Below are positions 1 through 10,256 of a stretch of DNA of 64,000 nucleotides, one piece after another. A program made the translations under genes and the position numbers. Positions within the stretch are counted from its first letter, which is position 1, and every line of letters begins with the position of its first letter. The DNA is taken from positions 320,001 through 384,000 of the forward strand of contig OZ243972.1 of assembly GCA_965214705.1 (NCBI GenBank). Direction: 5' to 3'. This stretch comes from Alphaproteobacteria bacterium (GTDB lineage Bacteria; Pseudomonadota; Alphaproteobacteria; UBA828). The notes under the pieces were generated by a model. That model saw only the letters and a program-made list of their open reading frames with translations, ran no database searches and was not told the DNA's origin.

Positions 1-2
1 TC

Positions 3-389
3 GGCCTACCGACCTACTACGACTGGAGGACGCGATCGGGCTGCTACTTCTGCTTCTATCAACGCAAGGCCGAATGGGTCGGTCTCGCTGATCGGCATCC
101 TGAGTTGTTTCGGCGTGCGGTCGCCATCGAGCGGAAGGTGTTGCGAGACGCCGGTGTTGACGGCGATGCCGATTTCCGCAGCCAAGCCATGCGGGGTCGC
201 CAGTACACTTGGTCCAGCGGGGAGACCCTCACGGAGCTGCTGTCCCGTCGGATCGAGATTCTTGAGCGGCATGAGGCTGCTAAGTCTCGTGCAGCCAAAG
301 TGCCGGCGAACGTCCCGCTGATCGAAATACTCACTGAAGCACTCGACGAGGACGACGACACCATACCCTGCACCGTGTGCGCATTGTGA
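3..389 (+). CDS. PAPS-reductase family protein, SspD/DndC-like (5' end outside window)
   Basis: Frame 3 is open from the window start: GLPTYYDWRTRSGCYFCFYQRKAEWVGLADRHPELF...YTWSSGETL...CTVCAL. The SGCxFCF motif and terminal CxxC match the SspD-type C-terminus as I recall it. Confidence 0.7.
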   Translation, partial: GLPTYYDWRTRSGCYFCFYQRKAEWVGLADRHPELFRRAVAIERKVLRDAGVDGDADFRSQAMRGRQYTWSSGETLTELLSRRIEILERHEAAKSRAAKVPANVPLIEILTEALDEDDDTIPCTVCAL

Positions 390-2008
390 GCGGTATGGCG
401 GTGGCGCCGCCCGGCGGACCGGGGCTCTCAGTTGCCCGGTTTCTCGATTCGCTCCCGGATCGAGATCTCAGAAGATTCTTGGAACCTGGTGTCCTGTCGG
501 TGTTGGACGCACTCTTCGGCGGCCGTATAGACGGCGAGGATCTGCGGCGAGTCGCTCGGACCTTGGTCGATTTCGATATCCTGCTCGGAGAGCCAAATGG
601 TCGGAAGCTTGTCCTAAGCCTCGTTCCTGATGAAAAGCGCGCCGAGTTGGAGGCCCGCGTCGGGCGGATCATCGCGGCGAGTCGCGTGAGCGAGTGGTCC
701 GAATCGGAGGTACGCCGGCTCCGCGACTTCTTCGGTCTGGTCGAGGAGCGGATCCTGCCCCCGCCGACGCCATCCACGGACACGATCACCCCGGTCTACG
801 GCCTGTTCGATCATCAGAGGAACGCCGTGTGCAGGCTGGCGCCGTTGCTGGCCGAGGATGAACGCCGAGCCGTTCTTCATCTGCCGACCGGGGTCGGAAA
901 GACACGGACAGCCATGCACGTGGTGGCGGAAACTTTGCGAGCTAACGAGCCGTCAGTCGTGGTTTGGCTGGCCTCCGGCAAGGAGCTGCTGGAGCAGGCG
1001 GTTGTGGCGTTCAAGGAAGCCTGGATGCACTTAGGAGCGAGGCAGCTCCAAATCGGAACCATGTGGGGCGACCGAATGCCGGATCTTGATCGCTTATCCG
1101 ACGGGTTTCTCGCGGTCGGGCTCGCAAAGGGCTGGGCGGCGATCTCGCGCACTGATCCAGATTGGGCAGTTCGGCTATCTCGACGGGTCCGGCTGGTAGT
1201 CTTCGACGAAGCCCACCAGAGCATCGCCAGAACCTATCGGCGGATCACCGAGGAGCTCACGCTGGACTTCAGGTGCGCGCTGCTGGGCCTCACTGCGACG
1301 CCGGGGCGGACATGGGCCGATATCGACAAAGACGGTGAGCTTGGCGAGTTTTTCGCCGGAAACAAGGTGACACTCGAAGTCCCCGGCAAGAATCCCATCG
1401 AATACCTCATCGAGAACGGATTCTTAGCACGGCCAAGCTTCCGGACACTCCTTTCGCGGCCCGGGCTCGTATTCAGTGAAGAGGAGCTTGCCCGCATCGC
1501 CGGAGGGTTGGACATTGCAGAAGAGATCGTGGTGGCCTTGTCGATGAGCGAGCAGTACGTGGCCGCGGTTCTGGATGCCGTCAACGAGTTGCTCGACGCT
1601 GGGCACAGGCGAGTGCTCGTCTTCGCCGCCACGGTGGACCACGCGCGGATATTGAGCGCGATTCTCGTCGCACGTGGCGTGCTCAGCAATGTGGTCACAG
1701 GTCTGACACCCGGGCGTGCGAGAGAGCACGCCATCAGGGCCTTCAGGTCCGATGACGACGTACCCATGGTCCTGGTCAACTTCGGCGTATTGACTACAGG
1801 GTTCGACGCCCCCAAGGCTAGCGCAGTCGTCATCGCCCGTCCCACTCGGTCCTTGGTGTTGTTTAGTCAAATGGTCGGTAGGGCAATTCGAGGTCCCAAG
1901 GCCGGTGGGACCGAGGCATGCGAAGTCGTAACCGTCGTCGATCCGAATCTGCCGGGTTTTGGCGATGTGGCGGCAGCGTTTCTGAACTGGGAGGACGTAT
2001 GGCAGTGA
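386..2008 (+). CDS. SF2 DEAD/DEAH-box helicase
   Basis: Motifs LPTGVGKT, DEAH, LTATP, TTGFDAP, QMVGRAIR. GTG at 386 overlaps the upstream stop (GTGA); alternative ATG at 395. Confidence 0.9.
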   Translation: MSGMAVAPPGGPGLSVARFLDSLPDRDLRRFLEPGVLSVLDALFGGRIDGEDLRRVARTLVDFDILLGEPNGRKLVLSLVPDEKRAELEARVGRIIAASRVSEWSESEVRRLRDFFGLVEERILPPPTPSTDTITPVYGLFDHQRNAVCRLAPLLAEDERRAVLHLPTGVGKTRTAMHVVAETLRANEPSVVVWLASGKELLEQAVVAFKEAWMHLGARQLQIGTMWGDRMPDLDRLSDGFLAVGLAKGWAAISRTDPDWAVRLSRRVRLVVFDEAHQSIARTYRRITEELTLDFRCALLGLTATPGRTWADIDKDGELGEFFAGNKVTLEVPGKNPIEYLIENGFLARPSFRTLLSRPGLVFSEEELARIAGGLDIAEEIVVALSMSEQYVAAVLDAVNELLDAGHRRVLVFAATVDHARILSAILVARGVLSNVVTGLTPGRAREHAIRAFRSDDDVPMVLVNFGVLTTGFDAPKASAVVIARPTRSLVLFSQMVGRAIRGPKAGGTEACEVVTVVDPNLPGFGDVAAAFLNWEDVWQ

Positions 2009-3412
2009 GCACATCCGGGGTCCAACTGAGCTTTTCCATCATTGATTCCGAAATGACGGTCAAGGCGATGCGTGACAGCGGTTACAAGTCCACGACGCAT
2101 GCGCTGGCTGAACTCATCGACAACTCGATCGAGAGTAACGCGACGGCTGTCGAGGTGTTCGGAACCAGTCGCAGGGATGCCCGCACCGGAAGATTCACCC
2201 TCACGACGTTGGCGGTCCTCGACAACGGTGAGGGCATGAATGGCGACACCCTGCGAGGGAGCCTTCGCTATGGTCACGGTACCCGCCGTGAGCGGAGAGG
2301 TATCGGCCGTTTCGGTCTGGGTCTTCCCAACTCCTCGATGTCGCAAGCGAAACGAGTGGATGTGTGGTCGTGGCAATCGGGTGCCACGAACGCTCTTCAC
2401 ACGCACCTGTCCCTTGACGAGGTGGAGGCCGGAGCGAGAGAGATTCCGGAGCTGGAACGGCTGGAGATCCCGAGCGTTTTTCGCGAAGCGAGCCGCTGCG
2501 TGTTCGGCGACTCTGGCACCCTCGTGGTGTGGAGCGACCTCGATCGTGTCGAATGGAAGCAGGCATCCACGACGTTTAAGCACACCGAGTTACTGATTGG
2601 GCGGATGTATCGGCGCTTCCTGGCGAAACAATCAGAACGTCTACATCGGGATGATCCGAGGGAATCTGAGATCGGATCACGACGCACCATCACCTTGATT
2701 CCCATTCGGGAAGACGGAGAAGTAACTAAAGTTCAGGAGGATGAAATTGTTGAGGTGAGGCCAAACGATCCCTTGTATCTAATGACAAGCACGTCTTGCC
2801 CGGAGAGCTTTGGCCCCGGCCCCATGTTCACGGAGCTTGAGGGAAGTCCGTTCCAGGTACCCGTGAGGTACCAGGGACGGGACTTCGAGGTTCGCGTTCG
2901 GGCGAGCTATGCACGCGCACACGTCCGGGATTCTTCCGCGCCCGAGGCAGATTGGCCCGAAGAGTGGGTCGGCAAGGACGCGGGACGCGCTCCGTGGGGA
3001 AAACATGCGGATCAGAACATGGGGGTCTCGCTGGTTCGGGCGCACCGAGAGATTCAGCTCGATGATTCCTGGGTCAGTGGCGACGACCCGAGAGAACGCT
3101 GGTGGACCGTGGAAGTCGACTTTCCGACAGCACTCGACGAAGTGTTCGGCGTGACCAACAACAAGCAGGGCACAATGACCTTTGAACGAAGCCGCTACGC
3201 GGAGTTAGCGGCGTAGAGTTCATTCATTTCCGAGGCGTCGCGGGTGCCGTTTGTTCTGTGCGTTCGCTTCCCGGTTGCGTCAGTGGCGCTCCGCCCGTCG
3301 GGTGGCGGATCCCCAGCAGCCTCCCGATCACCAGTGGTTAGTATCGACCCCTGCGACGGACCGTCGCCGGATCGGTCCGGCGGCGCGCCGTCGCGATCCA
3401 GGGAGATCGATA

Positions 3413-4291
3413 ATGACCGGGACCGCGTGCGACACGAACACCGTCACCCCTCTTCGCCAGCGCATGGAGGAGCAGCTCCGCATCGCCAATCTGGCCGCGA
3501 GCACGTCCAAGGCCTACATCTGCGAGATCAAGAACCTGGCCAGGTACTACGACGCCTCGCCGGACGAGCTCGACGCCGAGCAGGTGCGCCAGTGGTACCT
3601 GGGGCGGATCGACAAGGGGCTCAGTCCGGGCACGACCAACGTCTCCTTCGCCGCGCTGAACTTCCTCTACATCGACACACTCGGCTGGCCTGACCATGTC
3701 GCCGGCCTGCGCTCCCGCAAGAAGCCCGGCAAGCTGCCGCGCTACATGTCGGAGCAGGAGGTCGAGCACCTCATCCTTGCGACACCCGACCTCCGCCACC
3801 GTGCTGCCATTGTCACCGGCTATGGCGGCGGGCTCCGCATCTCCGAGACCTTGGCCATCAAGGTCGGCGACATCCTGTCGGAGAAGAAGCTGCTGCACAT
3901 CCCCTCCGGCAAAGGCGGCACCGAGAGAATGGCACCGTTGCCGGACATCGTCATCCACTACTTGCGCGTCTACTACAGGAACATCTGGCCGCGTCCGACG
4001 AGCTGGCTCTTCTACGGCGTCTCGCTCGACAGGCCCATCGCAACGGAGACCTTGCAGGCCGCCTTCAGGAGGGCGCGCGACATTGCCGAGCTCGACCGCA
4101 GCTACACCTTCCATTGCCTGCGCCATTCGGCGGCGACCCATCTCCTCGAGCGCGGCGGCGATATCGAGGTGATCCGGGACATGCTCGGCCATCGAAGCGC
4201 GAACACGACCCGTCACTACGCCCGCGTCACCGGCAAGATGTTCGAGGGCCTCGACCACCCGATCTCAGGCTTCGCAGCGTTGCGCAACTGA
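3413..4291 (+). CDS. Tyrosine recombinase/integrase
   Basis: GLRISE, GKG, HCLRH, LGH...TRHY; RBS GGGAG before ATG 3413. Confidence 0.9.
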   Translation: MTGTACDTNTVTPLRQRMEEQLRIANLAASTSKAYICEIKNLARYYDASPDELDAEQVRQWYLGRIDKGLSPGTTNVSFAALNFLYIDTLGWPDHVAGLRSRKKPGKLPRYMSEQEVEHLILATPDLRHRAAIVTGYGGGLRISETLAIKVGDILSEKKLLHIPSGKGGTERMAPLPDIVIHYLRVYYRNIWPRPTSWLFYGVSLDRPIATETLQAAFRRARDIAELDRSYTFHCLRHSAATHLLERGGDIEVIRDMLGHRSANTTRHYARVTGKMFEGLDHPISGFAALRN

Positions 4292-4297
4292 CGGCGC

Positions 4298-5539
4298 GTG
4301 GAGGCCGAACGCGCGGGCGTGGCGGAGATCTTCCGCCGCGCCGGCGCCGCTTTCCGTGAGCGCCACAAAGGGCGCATCGACGCCGCCCGGCTCAAGGTCA
4401 TGGGCGCCATCGAGGCGTGCCGCACCGCCGTGCTCGGCGGCCACATGTACGCCTGCGAGGGCTGCGGGCGCGAGCATCCGCTCTTCAACTCCTGCCGCAA
4501 CCGCCACTGCCCCACCTGCCAGGGTCTCGCCGCCAACCTCTGGAGCGAGGAGCGCGCCGGGGACATCCTGCCGGTGCCCTACTTCCATGTGGTCTTCACC
4601 CTGCCCAAGGAGGTTGCCGCCATTGCCTTCTGCAACCGCAGGGTGGTGTTCGACATCCTCTTCCGGGCCGTCGCCGAGACCCTGCGCACCATCGCCGCCG
4701 ATCCCCGCCACGGCGGCATGCGCATCGGCGGCACCGCGGTCCTCCATACCTGGGATCAGAAGCTCCGCTTCCACCCGCACCTGCACGTGGTCGTGCCCAA
4801 CGCGGGCTTCGACGTAGACAGTGGCGAGTGGAAGACGGGGAGCACCACCTTCCTCGCCCCCGTCAAGGTCCTCGGCAGCCTGTTCCGCCGCCTCTTCCTC
4901 GAGGAGCTCGCCCGCGCCCACGGCCGGGGGGACCTGGAGTTCCACGGCACCCTCGCCCACCTCGCCAATCCCGGCGAGTTCCACGCCACGCTTGCCGCCG
5001 CCCGGGCCAGGGACTGGGTGGTCTACGCCAAGCGGCCCTTCCGCGGGCCTGAGCAGGTCTTCCGGTACCTCTCGCACTACACGCACAGGATCGCCATCTC
5101 CGACAGCCGCATCGTCTCCTTCGACGGCGAGACGGTCTCCTTCCGCCACCGAAAGCCCAAGGCGCCGGGGCAGAGAAAGCCGCGCTACGGCATCGCCACC
5201 GTGAGCGCCGACGAGTTCATCCGCCGCTTCCTGAGGCACGTCCTGCCGGACGGCATGCACCGCATTCGCTACTTCGGCATCCTCGCCAACGGCTGCCGCG
5301 CCAGCACGCTGGAGAGAGCACGCCAGGCTCTCGGCGCCCTCGGCTGCGCCGCCCCCGAGGGAAGCGTGGACGGCGCTCGGGCCGAGCCCGACGAAGAGCC
5401 CGAGATCGGCACCGCGCCCGTGGCCTGCCCCCACTGCGGCGGCGTCATGCGCCTCGTCCGCGAAATCCGCCGCCGCCATGAGCCCCGCTCGACGCGCGGC
5501 CCGCCGGCGCTGCCGCCGACCCACAGGGGGAAACCGTGA
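4298..5539 (+). CDS. IS91-family (Y2 HUH) transposase
   Basis: Zn-binding CEGC...SCRNRHCPTC, HUH motif HPHLH, YLSHY. Confidence 0.93.
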   Translation: MEAERAGVAEIFRRAGAAFRERHKGRIDAARLKVMGAIEACRTAVLGGHMYACEGCGREHPLFNSCRNRHCPTCQGLAANLWSEERAGDILPVPYFHVVFTLPKEVAAIAFCNRRVVFDILFRAVAETLRTIAADPRHGGMRIGGTAVLHTWDQKLRFHPHLHVVVPNAGFDVDSGEWKTGSTTFLAPVKVLGSLFRRLFLEELARAHGRGDLEFHGTLAHLANPGEFHATLAAARARDWVVYAKRPFRGPEQVFRYLSHYTHRIAISDSRIVSFDGETVSFRHRKPKAPGQRKPRYGIATVSADEFIRRFLRHVLPDGMHRIRYFGILANGCRASTLERARQALGALGCAAPEGSVDGARAEPDEEPEIGTAPVACPHCGGVMRLVREIRRRHEPRSTRGPPALPPTHRGKP

Positions 5540-6614
5540 GACGCCCGCTCGCTTCGGCCCCGCGCAACGGCGCCAAAGCGCCGACGCACGACCGAACCTG
5601 TCTCCGCTTGAGCCGGGCTGACAGCCCTCGGCTCACACCCCGCTCAGTCCTCGCAGCGTGCGCCCGCATGCCTGCCGAAAGACCGGCGCGAGCGTCGATT
5701 TTATGCGCAACTCTGCTGCCGGTGGATGCCGCCTGACGCTGACATCAGCGCACTTTCCACATAGCTCAACTTCGCCTCTCGTGGCCCGCGGCTTCGTTCA
5801 AAAGGGTTGGGCAGGCTCTCTCTCGAGAGCCTGCCCAACCCTTAACCTTCAGCGTCTTGCCCGGTTTGACTGGAAAAGAGAATCGCTTCCCGATGAGGAA
5901 TCGAGCGGTGATGTTCGCCGCCGGATGGAAGAAGAGGGAGATCACCGAAGCTACCTTCTGGATCTTCGCAAACAGATCACGAACGCGATCGAGCTACTCC
6001 GGCCTCGGTCCCGCCAAGCCAAGCAACCCCGTGGTAAGCGACACGTTCTCGATGAAGATCAGAAGGCCGACGCCAAGGCGACCGCTGCAATAACGCGCCG
6101 AATGCAAGAGGGCCACGAAGGCGAGTCCGACAAGGCGGGCGAATCAGGCTCCGCGGAGGAACAACGGGAAGCGCAAGTCGAATCCCTCACTGAGAAACAT
6201 CATTTCGACCAGACGGACGCGCTGCAGGAAATTGATGAGACGATTCGGGCGGGAAACCGCGTACGCTGGATCCAATCGGCGCAGTCCAGTCCTGCGTTCT
6301 TCGACGTCGAATCGTTGCCCAATGTGATTCAGGTCGCTCTCAACACGGACCATCCGGTGCACTCGCACCTCTACGACATCATGCATCCAGATGTCGAGGA
6401 CATGACCGACGACGAGGTTCGGGAACGACTCGCGCGAGCCGCCGCGGCGTTCCGCATCCTCATTTATTCGTGGGCACGCTACGAGGACGAGCAGACCGAA
6501 CGGGACCGCCGCCGGGTCCGAAACGCCCGGTTGGAGTGGGGTAAGTACGCGGAGGAATTCTTCGACGAGGATGACGATTCGGTTCCCCCGACGGATCTCG
6601 TATAGGAATTCGTC

Positions 6615-7526
6615 GTGGCCGGCAGTGATCGTGATACTCAAGGTGCCCGAATCCGGGCCCTCTTCGAGCGTGCAGACGGCGAGGTCGCTGTGATTGCGCC
6701 ATTCATGAAGGTCGACGCACTGCGCTCTCTGCTCGAAGTCATCCCCGCCGATTTGCATCTGCGTTGCGTCTCCCGCTGGCTTCCGAAGGAAATCGCCGCC
6801 GGAGTCTCGGACCCGGAAATCCTGGATCTGCTTGAGGCGCGTGGCAACTTCAGTCTCTTCCTCGTGGACCGGTTGCACGCAAAGCTCTACATCGCCGGTG
6901 ACCGGTGTTTCGTGGGTTCGGCCAACGTTACCCATGCCGGGCTTGGAGAAGGCGGTGATGGCGGCAATATCGAGGTCCTCGTCGAGTCGACGGTCAACAA
7001 CCCTGGAGTCGCGGCTACGCTTAAGGAGATCGCTCAAGCTGGGCGAGAAGCGACAAGGAGCATGGCGCGGACGGCTCGGCGGCTTGCCGACAGCCTTGCC
7101 GATTCGACGAGACCTGCGGTTGCGCCTGATGTCCCCTGGTTTCCCAGGAGTCGCCGTCCCGAGCAGGCGTACGGCTTCTATGCGCAGCCGCCGAACGGTT
7201 TCGTAGGCGCGGCCGATCACGTTCTTATCGCGGACTTGGCAGGCTCAAATCTACCACCGGGTCTCAACGAGCAGGAGTTTAAGGATGCGATTCGAGAGTT
7301 GCTTGCCGCTATACCACCCGCCGAAATCCTCCTTGAAGGTTCGGGGGACATGACGCTTACCCGAGCCGACGCGAGTTCCTGGTTGGAGACGGTCACCGGA
7401 GATGATTTCTCCACCAACGACTTGTGGATTGCGTTCGTCAACTGGATGGTGTGTTTCTTTCCTGACTGGGTCATGAAACAGGAGATATCGGAGGTCGCCC
7501 TCCGGCGCGCCCGGTTGCTGGGCTAG
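6615..7526 (+). CDS. Phospholipase D-like (HxK) nuclease domain protein
   Basis: IAPF...RLHAKLYIAGD...GSANVT; starts 9 bp after the ATPase stop. Confidence 0.8.
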   Translation: MAGSDRDTQGARIRALFERADGEVAVIAPFMKVDALRSLLEVIPADLHLRCVSRWLPKEIAAGVSDPEILDLLEARGNFSLFLVDRLHAKLYIAGDRCFVGSANVTHAGLGEGGDGGNIEVLVESTVNNPGVAATLKEIAQAGREATRSMARTARRLADSLADSTRPAVAPDVPWFPRSRRPEQAYGFYAQPPNGFVGAADHVLIADLAGSNLPPGLNEQEFKDAIRELLAAIPPAEILLEGSGDMTLTRADASSWLETVTGDDFSTNDLWIAFVNWMVCFFPDWVMKQEISEVALRRARLLG

Positions 7527-7833
7527 GATGAACTTCGCCGCAAGTGTTTACTCGGTGCGGTGGCTCCGCGCATATCTGAGAATCTTGTATTCGAGGAGGA
7601 TCAGGGCGAAGAACATGGAGGCCTTGCCGGACTTTCGCGAGTGAGTGACCGTGTTCAAGGGACGCGCGTGGGACGCGCGGCCTTCGCCGTTTTCACCCAC
7701 CAGCAATGTGTCGAATGGGTTCGTCAACATGATCGGGATGGCCGCTGGAGCCTGGAGCGGGTGGTTGACCTGGATCGGCACGAAATACGCAATGTGATCG
7801 GCCGATGCGCGGTGAGATGACCCCTTGTCAGTG

Positions 7834-8630
7834 TTATGGGTAGACGTCCTCCCGGTCCTCGCGATAGTCGCCGACGACCCATATGAAGCTCTGGATGTCG
7901 ATGCGGTCGCGCGGATCGAGGTCTGACAATCGGTTCGCGGTCTGCTCGGTGAGTTCGAGAAGGGACGCATAGACGTCGAAATTGAGTTGGGCCTCGTAGA
8001 CGGATGCGAGCAGGTGGCCCACCCGTGTCGCGAAATCCTTCGTCGCTTCCAGCTTCAGATACATGTGGACTTCGGGCCGCCAAAGGAACGGCAGGTAGGT
8101 CGCAACGGTTCACTTGGCGCGGTCGTTGGGCTTGAGCACCCTCTCGAGTTCGCGCAACGCAGGCTCTGTCCCGTCCTCGGCGAACCTGGCTGCGGCCCGG
8201 ACGAAGGCATCGGCGTCCCGGCCGTGCATCAGATCCGCGACCCGCGCCTTCTCGAGCGGGGACAGCATGTTCGTGGCGTGGAACACCGAAAGCACCGCTT
8301 CGCCGAATCCGACGCCAGTCAGCGCGTCATCCAGCGGCGCGTATTCGTCCAGCTTTCTCTTCGCTACCACCTTGTAGTCGCGCTCCATTGACAAAAAACC
8401 GTCGGAACGGAAACCGTTGGGAAAGAACTTGAGGAACCGGATCCGCGCGCCGTCGAAGCCGAAATATCGTGGGTCGGCCTTGCCCGCATCTTCGTGAAGG
8501 CGCCGCTAGACATTCCGTCGACGCATCTCTGGCCATCGACGAGGCCGTAGAAATGGTGGTTCTTCTCGACGAGGCGCAGATTGCGCTTGCCCAGCCTTCC
8601 CTGCCGGACCCCTCGAGCGCTAGCGGCCAT
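7834..8630 (-). pseudogene. Conserved hypothetical protein with a premature stop and frameshift
   Basis: ORFs 8110-8394 and 7834-8064 are in one frame, separated by TGA where W is expected (AK*TVATYLPFLWRP...DRIDIQSFIWVVG); the 5' part is in another frame. Confidence 0.6.
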
Positions 8631-9458
8631 GTCCTGTCCTCATAATCGTGGGGTCATCCTACCGCGCCGATGGCCGGGTTGTGTACCGCGTTCCGGCCAG
8701 GCAGCTGCCGCCGAATGCCGAGCGGGATGGGAGTAGTCCGCGGCACCGGACTGCCTACGATTCGCGTTCGGGAGATTCTGCGCCGAGGGTCTCGGATAGC
8801 GCAAGTCTCGCATCCTCCACGGCGATGACAACCAGTCGTCCTCGCCAAGCTTGGCAAGCTCGTCGCACTTCCGGAAACGCCAGCAGGTGGACGCGGCGGA
8901 TGGTGCCCTCGTTCAGGTCGGCCAGTTCCGTCGCGGCGGACCGGATCGGTGACGTATAGATTTGGGTCGCGTGCTTCGGACAGACCGGCCGGATGCGGTT
9001 CGTTGTCCGGCTCCGGCAATAGGGTGGAGATGAACTGCGGGATTTCGTTGACCTCGTGCTGACGATCACCCGCGATCAGGTCGCGCTCGCGGATGCGGGC
9101 GGATCGGAAGTGTGCCCCCGGGCCTCATGAAGCGCCGTCCCGAGTAGCTGCGGTGAAGGGCGGAATTGATTTCGGACTGTCTGGGTGCGGGACATCGGTG
9201 CAAATTCTCATTTGCGGCGCTGCGCACGGTAGCGCACTTATGTCGTCAATTGTTTGAAATCATTAGAATAAATGCGTTGCAACCTGCGATGGATCGCATT
9301 ACCTTCCGGCCGAATCCGGGCCGGGAAGGCAGTGAATTCCATGATGACGGTGGTTCTGCAACGAGGCGCAGAGACCGCAGCGACGGCGATGCGGCGGTGG
9401 ACGCGGTCCGTGCCGTCGGTAGCGGAACCGAGCGCGGTTGCGCGCCGGGGAGCACACC

Positions 9459-10256
9459 ATGCCAGACCGGGATAGGTGGCTCGTCCAGCTCCTCGTCGCG
9501 GCGATCTTCGTTGCAGGGATGGCGGTTCTGGTCACCGCCACCGCGCTGGTGCTCGGCACCACCGGCCATGAGTGGTACGCCGCATGGAAACTGACGCTGG
9601 TCGAGGCGATGCTCGGCGTCGGCTTCGACCAGTACGGGACGGTCGAATACCGAACGGCGGAGGGCGCGACCGTGACGGTCGAGCGCTACCGTCTCGCCTA
9701 TGCCATGGTTGAGCCGTGGCGGGCTCGCGACCACATCCTGTCGCTGATCGCTGACCGTGGCGTTCTGGGCGCTTGGACGGGCCTCGCTGTGTGCGTGCCG
9801 TGGCTGGGGGTCCGGGCGGCGATGTTCTCGCGGCGGTTCGGATCTGGGCGCGGCGCGGTCGTCGAGCCGGCGCCGCGGACCGGACCCGGATTCGCCGGCC
9901 GGATGCAGGACCCGGATTCGTGGAGCGACGGCGAGCTGATCGGGGCGCTTGTCCGGCGGAGCGGAGGGTTCGGGGTCCTGCTGGTGCCGGCGGCCGAGGT
10001 CGAGCGGCTGGCGGGCGGCCATGGCCAAACCAAAGGACAGCCCGCGAGGCCACCGGAAGCGCTATCGCCGTCGCCCGCGCCCGTCCTGCCCCCGTCCGGC
10101 GGCGCGGAGCAGGCCGGTGCCAAGGCAGGTAGGACCGTACAGCCGGTGGCTGCCGGAACGGTTGAGCGCCCGGGCAAGACGAACGCGGACAACCCAGGGA
10201 ATAGCAGGGCGGTCGCGGGCAGGAAGAAGTCTGGCAACCGCGAGCGCCGATTCTGA
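9459..10256 (+). CDS. Membrane protein resembling the N-terminal anchor of a type IV coupling protein; no ATPase domain
   Basis: Two hydrophobic segments and a low-complexity tail; stop overlaps the relaxase start (TGATG); no Walker A. Confidence 0.5.
   Translation: MPDRDRWLVQLLVAAIFVAGMAVLVTATALVLGTTGHEWYAAWKLTLVEAMLGVGFDQYGTVEYRTAEGATVTVERYRLAYAMVEPWRARDHILSLIADRGVLGAWTGLAVCVPWLGVRAAMFSRRFGSGRGAVVEPAPRTGPGFAGRMQDPDSWSDGELIGALVRRSGGFGVLLVPAAEVERLAGGHGQTKGQPARPPEALSPSPAPVLPPSGGAEQAGAKAGRTVQPVAAGTVERPGKTNADNPGNSRAVAGRKKSGNRERRF

Larger units (their letters stand above)
3182..5847 (+). mobile_element. IS91-like rolling-circle element (tyrosine recombinase + Y2 transposase)
   Basis: Two-gene content. 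Boundaries inferred from restoring the host reading frame with no TSD (about 1-2 bp ambiguity). 15-bp inverted repeat at 3181-3195/5788-5802; 19-bp perfect hairpin at 5802-5843. Confidence 0.8.
1999..6605 (+). pseudogene. GHKL/MORC-type ATPase interrupted by an IS91-like element (1999-3181 + 5848-6605)
   Basis: Motifs ELIDNS, DNGEGM, GRFGLGL. Removing 3182-5847 restores in-frame ATG ACC T|TT CAG (NNKQGTMTF-QRLARFDW). Confidence 0.85.

Noticed and set aside
7528-7820. Fifth gene of the defence operon
   Set aside because: Short ORF with no recognisable motif or clear start.
8640-9130. Gene fragments on the minus strand
   Set aside because: Protein-like patches change frame and cannot be assigned.
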